Assembly: GCA_040954595.2 (NCBI GenBank)
Contig: CM082598.2
Span: 9,811,097-9,875,096 of the forward strand
Reading direction: 5' to 3'
Source: Balanoglossus misakiensis
Taxonomy: Eukaryota; Animalia; Hemichordata
Length of the DNA stretch: 64,000 nucleotides
In this document: one piece after another, positions 48,691 to 60,716 of the stretch
How positions within the stretch are numbered: the stretch's first letter is position 1
How the letters are laid out: every line of letters begins with the position of its first letter
Position numbers and translations under genes: made by a program
The notes under the pieces: model-generated
What the model was told of the DNA's origin: nothing
Databases searched by the model: none
Seen by the model: the letters and a program-made list of their open reading frames with translations, nothing else

Positions 48691-49681
48691 TTAACAATTG
48701 CCCATGTTCAATTTTAGCACCACCAGCAGAGTCACTGCCTTATGAATAATGAGCAGAAATGCCTTATTTTTCACTGCAGAAAGCAGTTTACATGTTTGCT
48801 ATAGTGACGATAAAATTACGCAACATGGACGAACGAACATGTATCTTCTGTATCTCCTGTAAGCAAATGTCCAACTGACAGGAATATCTGAAAACTTTAC
48901 AAATGTTTCCGTCTATAATGTACTTAGTTGCATAGGAAAAGAAGCGCATTTTTTCTTTCACTTATAAAGAAAACATTCCTATAAAATGGTATTATCAAAA
49001 ACTATGCCCTACAATTCACAATATTAATGGTAGAAATTGAAAGTTATCTTTTCTTACTTGCTATATTGACTTTCATGATGTTTGAAATATACTATCACCT
49101 GAAGAATAAAAAGTGGTCACAGACCTCTCAATGAAGCCATATTTTTCTTCTTCAATCCCTAAAGTTCTCAAACATTAAAGGGACATTAGCTGTATCTTTT
49201 GGCTTTATTGTCAGCATTTTGGTTCTATGTACCAAATGCAGTTTCTTGTTTACTCCAAACAACATGCTAATATACAGTTGACAGCTTGTCAACACAGCAT
49301 ATATGTGTATATATGTGTATGTGTGCATTTTATTGTTGACAACCAAATTCTAGTCCAGACTAGAATAGAAATTTTGAACAAGAACAATGCTCACTATACC
49401 GGTATATATGTTGTGTTGATAAGCTGGATACTGGGCATTTCATCATGTTTCAGGAAATTGAACAAGAAACTTCAGTACATACACAAAACAAAAATACTGA
49501 AAACATAGCGCATCATGTATAGTGAAATGAAGTACTGCAATGTGTAAATATGTGACACACAGATAATGTGCTGCTTTCTGTCAATACTGCATTGTGGTGT
49601 CATACATGATAACCTTTATAAAAAAAAACAAATAACAAAAGTCATAAACTTCCTCATTTATTGTAAATTTCTCAATTTCAG

Positions 49682-49916
49682 GTTGTCAAAGATAACTTCA
49701 CGGATCTGAAAGATCGGCCAGAAAACGGGTGTTTCATTCGTGGTTTGTTTGTAGAAGGAGGGCGGTTTGATCTTGAAAGGCACCAGTTGGGAGAATCCAG
49801 GCCTAAGGAGCTGTATATCGATATGCCTGTCATACAGCTGATTCCAACAGCCAACAGAGTTGTACCAGAAACTGGAGTGTATTTGTGTCCTGTCTACAAA
49901 ACTTTAACAAGAGCAG
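49682..49916 (+). CDS. DNAH1: DNAH1-like penultimate exon
   Basis: tttcag|GTT...AGAGCAG|gtatga, 235 nt. VVKDNFTDLKDRPENGCFIRGLFVEG...ESRPKELY...YLCPVYKTLTRAG. Confidence 0.96.
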
Positions 49917-50227
49917 GTATGATGTACTTTCAAGACAATACAGTCTATTACCTCCATGTTTCTATGTTTTGGCATGAGATAACATTAATAGCCAAGAGTT
50001 GATGATGAAAATAACTCATGTGAGGAAACTTGCCATCTATGAAAGTACTGGTTCCTTTCTAGGTATATCATTAGAGCTTCAAATTTGAGGTGGAAGACGA
50101 TGGGGGAGAGTAGGATTGGAGGTCATAAGAACTGTGTGTTCTCCTTTGTGTGAAGCTCCATGTAAAAGCTAATATCACCTGTCTTCTGGGTCTATCTTAA
50201 GATGGGGTTGGGAAGTGCTGAACAATG

Positions 50228-50500
50228 GGATCATTTGAATTGAAATGCCAGGCGAGCGCACCTTGGATTGTACCATTCTCTGGTGGCGTAGATTAGGGTT
50301 AGGGTTAGCGTTACTATTATGACTGTATTTAAAATGACTAAAGTGATTTAGTTTTATGAATTAAATGATGTTTCATTTTTAGAAGTCATTTTGAATAACT
50401 CATACCCTAATGCTAACCCTAAATGCTAACCATCAGCACAAGTTGAAGAGAATGGTAGTGTCAAAGGTGCTCTCGCCTGGCATTTCAATTCAAAAGATCC
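50228..50500. mobile_element. MITE with 8-bp TSD and internal telomere-like repeats
   Basis: GAACAATG|GGATCATTTGAATTGAAATGCCAGGCGAG ... CTCGCCTGGCATTTCAATTCAAAAGATCC|GAACAATG. Confidence 0.75.
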
Positions 50501-51169
50501 GAACAATGTACTGGGCTTTATGATTTCTCTTTTTGTTAGGCTCCCCGTGTGCATTTTGATGGGTTTCACATGACACTAAATTGTCTTAGTATTGTCCTAC
50601 CCTGGATCATGGCTGACATGAAAATACAAATGTCTGCATAGCTGTGTGACCAATGTATTTAGGGACTGTCCAGAATTTACTTCCAGGGTGGGGCTGGAGG
50701 ATTTCTTATTTTCCTGGTGATTTTTTTCCATGCCCCCTCCCCCCCCCCTTGTAAATTGTGGAGGAAATCTTTGGCCCCCCTTAAATTTCCTGTTTTTTAG
50801 GTCCCATTGGTATGTACCATGGGACCTTATGGGATCGGTTGCGTCTGTATGTATGTATGGATGGATGGATGTCTGTATGTTCATCCACATCAAAAACTTG
50901 AAAACCGCTGCACGTATGACCTCGATATTTGGTGTGCAGATGCAGGCTGGGCTGTAGATGGGAGTTTGTTCAAATGAAGTTGTCATTGCCAAAAATATGC
51001 AAATTAGCTGGAAAAATGTGAATTTGGTCAAAACTCAGTAACTCAAGAACTACTGGTCAGATTGCTTTGCAAAGTGGTGTGTATTTACTTTATTGAGTTC
51101 TTTTAATTAGTAACCTTAATGTAGGTGTTAAATTGATATTTACTGTGTTTTTTGTTTGTTTTATTTTAG

Positions 51170-51291
51170 GTACCTTATCCACAACTGGACACTCCACAAA
51201 CTATGTGGTGAGTGTGGAAATACCATCAGATAAACCACAGTTCCACTGGATAAAACGTGGAGTTGCATTAATCTGTGCTCTGGATTATTAG
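51170..51291 (+). CDS. DNAH1: DNAH1-like last coding exon
   Basis: ttttag|GT ACC...[45 protein letters not shown], the characteristic DNAH1 C-terminus. Confidence 0.97.
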
Positions 51292-51372
51292 TCCACGCCT
51301 TACGAAAACAGAGACATTTCAAGCTTTGCTGGTCGCCTTTATGACCTATGAGGTGTAAATTACATGGTACCC

Positions 51373-51378
51373 AATAAA
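51373..51378 (+). terminator. Candidate polyadenylation signal of DNAH1
   Basis: First AATAAA about 80 nt after the stop, with GT/T-rich sequence downstream. Confidence 0.45.
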
Positions 51379-51836
51379 TTTTACAACAAAATGTCTGAGG
51401 CAGTGAAAAGAACATAGTGTACAAGTGAGTTTTTCTTGTATTTCTTAATATATAACATTTGTCTGGTTTGAGTACTTTTTATTGTATACTAGTATATTAT
51501 CTGACAAGCCAATTTATGACAGAAATTATGTACTTTTAGGACAATTGAAATCAAAATTAACACAATTTCAATTTACATTGGAGTGTTGTACAATTTATTT
51601 TATTGCTGTTTGACTTTGCCTAAATCAGTAATGTAGGATTTCAATGTCACACACTATTTTGTTTTGTGATTGTGGGAATTATAAATGATATTTACATCAA
51701 ATGATTAATATGTCTGACAGTATGTCCTGTTTATGACAGCTGACATTGTACAAAAATTATATTAACTAAGAATCAAACATATGTCACCCATTATCTTTTC
51801 AGTTTTTTTATTATGACATTAAATATTGTCAGTTAA

Positions 51837-52005
51837 AGGTATACAGTCACCTCCAATTTTCATACGGCCATATATGGCTGAAATGGCGTATTTGAGCGTT
51901 CTAAAGAACATATGGTGGCACGCTTTTTTACGCGTGTGCCACCCACTGAAAATCTGTGATTGGCTACTGGCTAGATCTTAATTAGCCATAGGTGACCGTA
52001 TACCT
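51837..52005. mobile_element. Small Kolobok-like MITE (same right end at positions about 29-44)
   Basis: TTAA|AGGTATACAGTCACC ... GGTGACCGTATACCT|TTAA. Confidence 0.7.
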
Positions 52006-53339
52006 TTAATCTGTTTATGTTCATATGTATCACACAAATCTTCAGGATAATGCAATGTACCTGGATACATGTAGCCCCAACTGTGGTTTGTACATCAATA
52101 GTTCATCCAGAAGATACAATGTGTATTTATATAGACCAAGAAAAAAGTGTTCTTCTAAATCCGATAATAGTTAGGGTTAGAGAGTAGTTGCAACCAAATG
52201 TATTCTCCACATTTCTGGGTGGCATGTGGCCTGTCTTAGGTTCCATAATAGGTGGAGGCTTGGTTTTTATGGGTCACATAAATGGCCAGAATTTATTTAC
52301 CTCTTCTGTATTATTTTGATGTCAAAATTATGCTGTAGACAGCCTCTTTGGTTGATATCAGTCATAAAGGACCCTAGCCTTTGTTTACTTATTTTGGGAT
52401 GACCTTCCACCAAATTTTGCATATTTAAGCAAATACCTCTAAAGTTCAATGTGACCATTGACTTTCTTTTGCTATGACTAATTGTATATTTCACAAAATA
52501 TTGTACTGGAACTGTACAATCAAAACTTATAGTGTGGATATTATTGTGAGGTAGCTCTATGTAATTTGGCAAATTTTGACCATTTTAGTCTCACTTTCAT
52601 GTAAACTGTGTGTCTTGGCTAGAGCTATTTCTGAAATGTATTTCAATTCACTCTCATCCACAAATCAGATATGATTTCCTTCACTGTTTTCCTAATCTAT
52701 TGATCCAGTGGGGTTCGGTCATTGACAATGTCTTATTGTTCATATTTGGCCATTTTGGTTGAAAGATCTGTGTATATAGTGGAATTTATCATGTAACATT
52801 TCACATGTTTACATTTTATATCATTTCAGATTTGTATTGTATTATATGGTGAGCTGAATTTTTGTGAAATAAAAGAATTTTAATGCTGGCTTGAATATTG
52901 TCATGTGAACTTTTGTGGATAATATGAAGCTTCTCATAAAATTGGTTTATCTATGCCAGACTAATTGAATCTCACACTGCAAGGGACCTGGTATCAGAAT
53001 TATTTCTCACACAAGTCGGGCAGTTCTAAATTTTCGTACTACTTCACTGCGGGGAAGGGGGGGGGGGGCTGGGGGTCTTGAAGATGGATGAGTTGGCATA
53101 ATTTTCACCCTGATTTCTGGGAACTTTTTTGCATTCCTCATTTGGGTAGGATTTTTCTTTTACCAACAGAGTAGAGTCCTTTAGTGCATGGATGAAAATG
53201 TTGTACATCAGATAATCAGTTGAGACACAATATGTACATATCTTCAAATGTTTATGCCTCAGATCAGAACTCATTGTAATTTATATGATAAATGCACATG
53301 ACATATATTCATCCAAGGTACATTGAACAGCAATTTTAA

Positions 53340-53752
53340 GGATGTACCCGCAGATAAACCAATAAACAGTGCATGTGTGTCTTTTTCCCGTAGAATTACA
53401 TTGATAATTATTGCTAGAAAACAAACTTTTACTATTGTCATTTTCATGAAATTTTACACATAGCTCAGTCAAGTAAATATAAATTCATTGGTCAAATAAA
53501 ATCGTGCGGTCACGGCACTTTATTTTTAGATAAATTGCGTTAAATATTTTGCGCATAGACAAACCATTGGTGAAAAATACTGAGTCAGCAGTTTTCTTCT
53601 ATTATCGACTAAATTCATGGCTCTGTATTTCAAAAACAAGTGCGGTGACCCCTATATTTTATCACAGATTTTCATTACACATACAAAGGAGAAACCAAAA
53701 ATCCACAATTAAAAGAAATGATAATACTTTCAATTTTACTGATCATACATCC
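53340..53752. mobile_element. Kolobok-like MITE
   Basis: TTAA|GGATGTA ... TACATCC|TTAA. Confidence 0.7.
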
Positions 53753-53986
53753 TTAAAAAAACATGTTTGACCCTTGTCTATGGGTGATATAATTACATAG
53801 AGTTGCCAGCTTTTGATAATAATCATGTTTTTATGGTTGATGCGGAAATTTCTAAGTTTTTCTGCACAAGAATTGTAGTGAATGTTACATTTGAGTAGAG
53901 CTGTCACTGAAGAATATGAAAAAATGTGTGCCAGGAAGTATTAAACTTTGATGGATTTTTTCTTTCACCAAAAGTGCGCCATCTTT

Positions 53987-55331
53987 TTAGCTCAGCTGTC
54001 ACTTGTGTCAGTCGAGCTGTAGCAGTAGGTTGATAAGTGTCCGTCCGTCGTCCGTCGTCTGTCGTCCGTCGTCTGTCGTCCGTCGTCCGTCAACTTTTTG
54101 TATTTCAATCTTCTTCTTTAAAACGACATAGCATATTTAGCTGAAATTTGGGTGGAATGTGTGTTATGGTGCCCTTACCTGATTTTGTTAATTTGGATTT
54201 GATAGGGTCATGAATATGCAAATTATATCTAAAAATAGAATTTTTGGTCAAAAATCTTCTTCTCCATAACTACATGTACAATGGAGCTGAAATTTGGTAG
54301 GAATGTGTGTTATGGTGCCCCTACCTGATTTTGTAAATTTGGATTTGATTGGGTCATGAATATGCAAATTAGATCTAAAAATAGAATTTTTGGTCAAAAA
54401 TCTTCTTCTCCATAACTACATGTACAATGGAGCTGAAATTTGGTAGGAATGTGTGTTATGGTGCCCCTACCTGATTTTGTAAATTTGGATTTGATGGGGT
54501 CATAAATATGCAAATTAGATCTAAAAATAGAATTTTTGGTCAAAAATTTTCTTCTCCCTAACTACATGTACGATGGAGCTGAAATTTGGTAGGAATGTGT
54601 GTTATGGTGCCCCTACCTGATTTTATAAATTTGGATATGATCGGGTCATGAATATGCAAATTTGATCTAAAAATAGATTTTTTGGTAAAAAATCTTGTTC
54701 TCCCTAACTATATGTACGATGGAGCTGAAATTTGGTAGGAATGTGTGTTATAGTTTCCCTACCTGATTTTGTTAATTTGGATTTGATGGGGTCATAAATA
54801 TGCAAATTAGATCTAAAAATAGAATTTTTGGTCAAAAATCTTCTTCTCCCTAACTACATGTACGATGGAGCTGAAATTTAGTAGGAATGTGTGTTATGGT
54901 GCCCCTACCTGATTTTGTTAATTTGGATATGATGGGGTCATAAATATGCAAATTAGATCTAAAAATAGAATTTTTGGTAAAAAAATCTTCTCCCTAAATA
55001 CATGTACGATAGAGCTGAAATTTGGTAGGAATGTGAGTTATCGTGCCCCTCTACCTGATTTTGTTAATTGGAATTTTGATGGGGTCATGAATATGCAAAT
55101 TAGAACCTTGGTGCTTCCTTTTGATGTTGTTCGTTAGGAATAAATTCTTTCTTTCTTTAGCACAATGAATCAAGCTGAATGTGGATATTCAATACTTGTG
55201 ATGTCTATGTTTGGTTTTGTTTAATAGAATACAATTGTTATGATTAAAACCTAGGGTATTCATATCATTGCCCAGCTATAGGTTTCACTGTTAAAGTCAG
55301 CAGAGCTCTTTTGACCGATAGGTCACTTGTT
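53987..55331 (+). mobile_element. HINE-like element with 7 x ~146-bp core repeats
   Basis: Same ends as 10493-11240. GCTGAAATTT anchors at 54140, 54286, 54432, 54578, 54724, 54870 and 55014. Confidence 0.8.
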
Positions 55332-55647
55332 TATTTTTCTCGCCTTCTCTTACTGATTTTTTTTTCATTGACATTTGGGAATCTTGCAGACCCTTGAATA
55401 TAAAATGGTCCACCTCTAAACTCTGTAGATTGTTGGGTATTTTTTAACTTTTCTAAACATCCAGTCTATCATCTTTTATTCATCCAAACCTTATTGATGA
55501 TGTTGTCTACTACAAAGAAAAGGGTTGAAGGACAAATCGCAGATGAACTGACCATCGGAAGAAGCAAAGGCGTCTGGGTAACCGAGACTAGATCGTCGCT
55601 AGTCTCGGTTACCCAGACCCCCCTGCTTCTGCTGTTGGGCACTCCTG

Positions 55648-56157
55648 GGGTGCGTTCGACGCACAAAGCGTTTTGTGAATGCTTGCGCCGGGCGCTTTTG
55701 TACTTCGTCGAACGATAAGCTTGCCTCTCACAAGAGGGCGCCGTCAATGACCTTTGGCTTTTCAGAGACAGCGGCCGTCAGCAATAACGTCCCGGTGCGC
55801 ATACAAGGACATGATTCCGGAAGTGCATACCCCTTTTAAACCGTTTTACACAAGACAGTAGCGGCACAATCCATGTCAATTGGTTTATTGATTGAGAAAA
55901 AATACAAGCTTTCGCTTGGTAAAACTATCACTACCTAAATCGACAAATATTCCGCTACTTCTTCGAAAATATGCCCTGCGAGTCGTACTTCGGCTTACAT
56001 GTCCGCCATTTTGAAATTAATGAGATGTTCGCCGCGAGTCACCTCCGTCTTACGCCTTCCATTGTTACAAAACGTTTGCGAAAAACAAAGACAAAAGATC
56101 GTTCGACATGAAAACGTTTCCGAACGTTCCCGAACGCTTCGTACGTCGAACGCACCC
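55648..56157. mobile_element. PIF/Harbinger-like MITE
   Basis: GGGTGCGTTCGACG ... CGTCGAACGCACCC with CTG/CAG flanks. Empty site CACTCCAGAAAGAGG at about 56712. Confidence 0.65.
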
Positions 56158-56281
56158 CAGAAAGAGGGATTGGGGAAAACGCCGTACCTGACCCTTTTCC
56201 CTTTAGCGTAGCGCAGCCAGCGGTGGGATTGGGGCAGGGGACCAGACTAGGGTTTCCCCTTCTCCACGCAGAGACTTGGAG

Positions 56282-57174
56282 TAGTCTCGGTTACCCAGAC
56301 GCCTTTGCTTCTTCCGATGCTCTCCAGAAAAGGGTCTGGGGAAATACCATTGAAGGCTTTGTAAAACAAAATGGCCGATGTCAGGATTTTGATCATCGCC
56401 TGATTGGCTGAGCTGTCAGTATGACCCGGGTCACTGCAATAGTTTCGACAATCGTCTACCAAAGATATTTCATATAATTTCTCCAACAATGCTAACAGAG
56501 GACGCCTTTTGCCTTTCGCATCAACCAACAAGTACCGGTCTCTTGATATGAAGATACGACAAATAATCACACATTGTCGAGAGTCAGTGACCCGGGTCAT
56601 ACTGACAGCTCAGCCAATCAGGCGATGATCAAAATCCTGACATCGGCCATTTTGTTTTACAAAGCTTTCAATAGTCTCGGTTACCCAGAGCCCTCTGCTT
56701 CTTCCGTTAGGCACTCCAGAAAGAGGGTCTGGGGAAACCCGGTAGACAAATCGCCAGGCGGAATCGGGACAGCTGCGATGCATGACGGGAGATTAATATT
56801 CGATACGATATTATGATATGACGATATTAGAAAACTATTTACCAAACTTCTCTCTCTCTTTTCAATTTGTATACAGTTTTAGCAGGTCTAGCACTTCTCA
56901 GCATGTTTTCTTTATCGTATGTCATACATGTCGGCCGTGGGTTCGCGCGCAGGACGTTGCCATTTTGGAATATTAATCTCCCGTCATGCATCGCAGCTGT
57001 CCCGATTCCACCTGGCGATTTGTCTACCGGGTTTCCCCAGACCCTCTTTCTGGAGTGCCTAACGGAAGAAGCAGAGGGCTCTGGGTAACCGAGACTAAGC
57101 TTTCAATAGCATTTCCCCAGACCCTTTTCTGGAGAGCATCCGAAGAAGCAAAGGCGTCCGGGTAACCGAGACTA
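56282..57174. mobile_element. TAG..CTA element with 10-bp TSD
   Basis: AGACTTGGAG on both flanks, about 150-bp inverted arms. Confidence 0.8.
56672..57097. mobile_element. TAG..CTA element with 9-bp TSD nested in the previous one
   Basis: AGCTTTCAA on both flanks, about 130-bp near-perfect inverted arms. Confidence 0.85.
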
Positions 57175-57253
57175 AGACTTGGAGTGGATAATTCTAGCCT
57201 AGCTAGGGGGTCTGACCAATAGCCACTATAGTCTCTGCCACAAGCAAATTTAA

Positions 57254-57992
57254 GGCTAGTTATACTTTGCGAAACGGCGAAACAGCGAAACGACGAAACC
57301 ATTATTAAAATAGGGGCCAGCCATCAAGACGGTGGCGTATGATTTTTTTAAAAGTTTCCAAATTGCAATTAAGATAATAAAGAAATTTCGACAACGATAC
57401 TGTGTTGTGTGAGTTACATGTGTTTCTATATATAACTACTACTCTTACCCCCCATCAGTGTTTGACCCTCGAAAGCTTACGGACACTACTGCTTTGTTTC
57501 AACTAATCCTTCGCCCTGTGAATATACTCGTACATTGAGTACACAGTATCATTGTCGAAATTTCTTTATTATCTTAATTGCAATTCATGCCTCCCCCGCC
57601 TTGTGGTATTTAAGGAAATAGTGTCAGTTGCTGCCTCATTTTGAGGTTTCGATCTTTTGTGGTTTCGTTGTGCTCGCGCGTACATTCACTGTGTATATGT
57701 AGCAGTTTGGCATGAATCGTTTGCGCGCACACGACGTCGACTCTACCACTACATAGTATCAGGCCGCAGACCAGGAACTGGCGACCCGCCGTTTGTTTCC
57801 AACGCCAAATTTGATTCTAATGTTGAATTTCCGAGAAAACAATTTATCTGACCTGTAGTTTTCTTGGCTCGCTTACGTTTTAATTTGGAAACTTTTAAAA
57901 AAATCATACGCCACCGTCTTGATGACTGGCCCCTATTTTAATAATGGTTTCGTCGTTTCGCCGTTTCGTTGTTTCGCAAAGTATAACTAGCC
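57254..57992. mobile_element. Long-TIR (about 110 bp) element, Mutator-like, inside another TIR element at 57195-58819
   Basis: GGCTAGTTATACTTTGCGAAAC ... GTTTCGCAAAGTATAACTAGCC. TSD unclear. Confidence 0.6.
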
Positions 57993-59254
57993 CAATTAAT
58001 TTAAATATTCCAAACCGGACCTTCTTTCAGTCCTGCGCGAGCCCAGTTGGTTCAATAAATATGGCGGACAGTTCCGGGTTTGAGGGGTCGTCGAGGGTGA
58101 ACGATAGCACTTTCCAAACATGTCAATTTAGAGTCATAAGCTGCAATAACTTTCGCGATTGCGTCTGAAAAACCTATAGCAACGGGGGCAGCCATCTTGA
58201 ATCATCAATTCACATTTAAATATGTAACCTAGGGCAGGATCTATGTTTTGCAAGTGTTCACGTATATATCACGGATTCGAGGATCGACTTTGAAACTGGT
58301 TCATTTTTTAGTTCTCTTATTTTTTTTGGTACAAAATATTAAACTTAAAAAAGACAGGAAATGTATATTATAGAAAACGCGCAACACCCAAAAAGTGGGT
58401 GTAAAATGTCGCCTGTGGCAGAGACTTCGCTGAACACTGCGTCTCACGTGACAGATAAACGCCGACCGCCATTTTGAAAAGTGTTAGTTTTTTGACACTT
58501 TCCCGGAAGTGGCTACTGCGCATACCAGCCAACATTTGTGTCAGTAGTTGTATTGATTTTAGCTTCACTTCCATCATAAACTGTTGTTTTTTTAAAAATA
58601 TGTATATTCGGGAAGACTAAAAATGAATGTCAAGAAACGCGATAGATTGAATGTAGCCCGGAAGTTATAGAACGTTCATTTATTAGCCAATCAGATTCCA
58701 AATTTCTAAATATGGCGGTTTGTGTTTACCTGCCTCTTTGGTGTTTGTCACCGAGGCAGGGTACCAGCCAATGGCAGAGACTAAATAGCGGCTATTGGTC
58801 GGACTCCCTAGCAAGGTTAGTCTCTGCGTGGAGAATGGGGTTTCCCCAGACCCTCTTTCTGGAGAGCATCGGAAGAAGCAAAGGCGTCTGGGTAACCGAG
58901 ACTATCTCAGTCGCTGAAGTTTTCCTCGTATTCGTATTCAAATTCATTTTCTATAAGTGTGTCATTTTCGTCCACGTAATTTGACATAACTGCATCAATG
59001 TTCTAACCAAGTTACAGAATTCTCGATATTAACATTATTTTAATAGTACAGTAAATATCTATTAGTAGAGTAAATACCATACGTAGTATTTTGGGGCCAA
59101 GGCTCCATCCAGTAAGTGACTCCAATATGAATATGAATACGATGATAACTTCAGCAGCGTATTCGATTTTGCCCAGCGATGTAATGGGAATGTATTACTG
59201 ACCACTCTTTATCAGTATCTTTACAATTGCTATGTTTACTTGACACCAATCGTC

Positions 59255-59399
59255 TGTAATTTGACGTGACGAGCACAACGGAGGGCCGTGGATGTGACAG
59301 CTTCGTCGCGCATTGGACAGACTCATTAGGTGGCCGACTCATCTGCAGGAGAATCACTTCCGTGTTCGCTATTTAAAAGGTACCATTTAAAATGGCCGA
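59255..59399 (+). promoter_or_regulatory. Candidate housekeeping-type promoter of RMC1
   Basis: Locally CpG-rich. TGACGT (CRE-like), CACTTCCG (ETS-like) and AAAATGGCCG (YY1-like, overlapping the ATG). Motif matches only. Confidence 0.4.
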
Positions 59400-59496
59400 C
59401 GAGGAGTCCCACTACATCCAACTTAGTCAAAGCCCGACTAGATTTGAACCAGTTAGCAAAGTCACAAACGTTTTCTTCGATGAAGTTAAAAAGCAG
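59392..59496 (+). CDS. RMC1: Regulator of MON1-CCZ1 complex (C18orf8/MIC1-like), first coding exon
   Basis: aaaATGG Kozak context. MADEESHYIQLSQSPTRFEPVSKVTNVFFDEVKKQ|gtaagt resembles the recalled vertebrate RMC1 N-terminus (MGEEDYYLEL...VFFDEANKQ). Consensus donor site. Confidence 0.85.
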
Positions 59497-60387
59497 GTAA
59501 GTTCGTGACCACTCTCATAATATTCACCAAATCACAGTCGCGTGTAACTGTAAACTGTGTAGCCTGTCACGCCCATACATACAAGTCCGCCAGCACTCCT
59601 CCAGCCTCAGGCCCCTCCGAAGCTGCGACACTCCAAGGTGGAACTTATACTACGCGACCTCCTATTCGGGAACACTCGTATCAGAGCACGGCTGCTCCTG
59701 ACGAGGAACGGCGGCGAAGGTTAGCATCGGGGTTAGGGTTAGGGTAAGGGTTAGATTAGGGTTTAAGGTTAGGAGTGTATTGAAATAACCAAAGTGATTT
59801 AGTTTGTGGATAAGGTCAAGTTTCGGTACACAGCATGGAGGTACTAAGAGAAGGAGCAAGGACGCTATTAGAGAGGTTTAGTTACACGTAAATACGCGTA
59901 CGTCTGACGGCGGGCAGTGGCGTTCGCATATGTGTAGCGACGCGTGAATTTCGCGGATTAGTTGTCCGTTTTGAATAACAAAATTTAAAAAAAAAATTCA
60001 AATATTTTTCACTTAAAATAAATTTTGTGTGTGATGAATATTCTTTAAGATCACCACCCTTGCAATAAGTTTCTTGACTGCAGTGGAAATATAGTTTAGT
60101 GAAATTTTCCGATGTCTTTATCGAGGCGTCCACTGAAAACGTAGCATGGGAACAATTTTTTGTGTTCACAGGGCTTGCGTTTGATATTTTATTTTTTACG
60201 TGCAGTGCACGCAAAAAGCCAACAAATTTTGCATGAAATTGTATTTGAATTACGTGCAACAAAATAGCGATAGACAAGCAGGCTTTCAGATAGCTGCAAT
60301 AATTGTAGCGGCCGGTGCTGCTTGGTTGACTGGTGTGCAGCATAACCGCTACAAGGCCTTGTGTACCGTGGCCGAAATCGACACACT

Positions 60388-60567
60388 GTGTAGGTTTCAA
60401 ACCTACACTGTCCCATTGCTACAAAATGCGCGCGTACGGTGTAGGTTTCAAACCTACACTGCCCTTTGCTACAAAATGCGCGCGTACGGTGTAGGTTTCA
60501 AACCTACACTGCCCTTTGCTAGAAAATGCGCGCGTACGGTGTAGGTTTCAAACCTACACTGTCCCTT
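60388..60567. repeat. 50-bp tandem repeat, each unit with a 21-bp palindrome
   Basis: GTGTAGGTTT-C-AAACCTACAC at 60388, 60439, 60489 and 60539. Confidence 0.85.
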
Positions 60568-60716
60568 TGGTGAAACTTTTACATTTTACATAAACCATAA
60601 CAAACTATATATTTTCAGAAAAGTTCTATAACATACTAAAATTTGACCAACTTTGAACTTGACCTTGAAAAGTTATTGCGGAAAAACCTATTGAAAAAAA
60701 CATACTTTTTAAGGTC

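Larger units (their letters stand above)
55600..58904. mobile_element. Nest of TAG..CTA long-TIR elements (Academ/AcademH-like) with further insertions
   Basis: TAGTCTCGGTTACCCAGA termini at 55600, 56282 and 56672, with inverses ending at 55590, 57097, 57174 and 58904. Confidence 0.65.

Noticed and set aside
46690-49510. About 100-bp diverged direct repeat (46690-46790 vs 49403-49510)
   Set aside because: No termini or coding signal. Probably an old repeat fragment or local duplication.
60388-60567. Palindromic repeats at constant spacing, CRISPR-like
   Set aside because: The spacers are near-identical to each other, so this is a plain tandem repeat.
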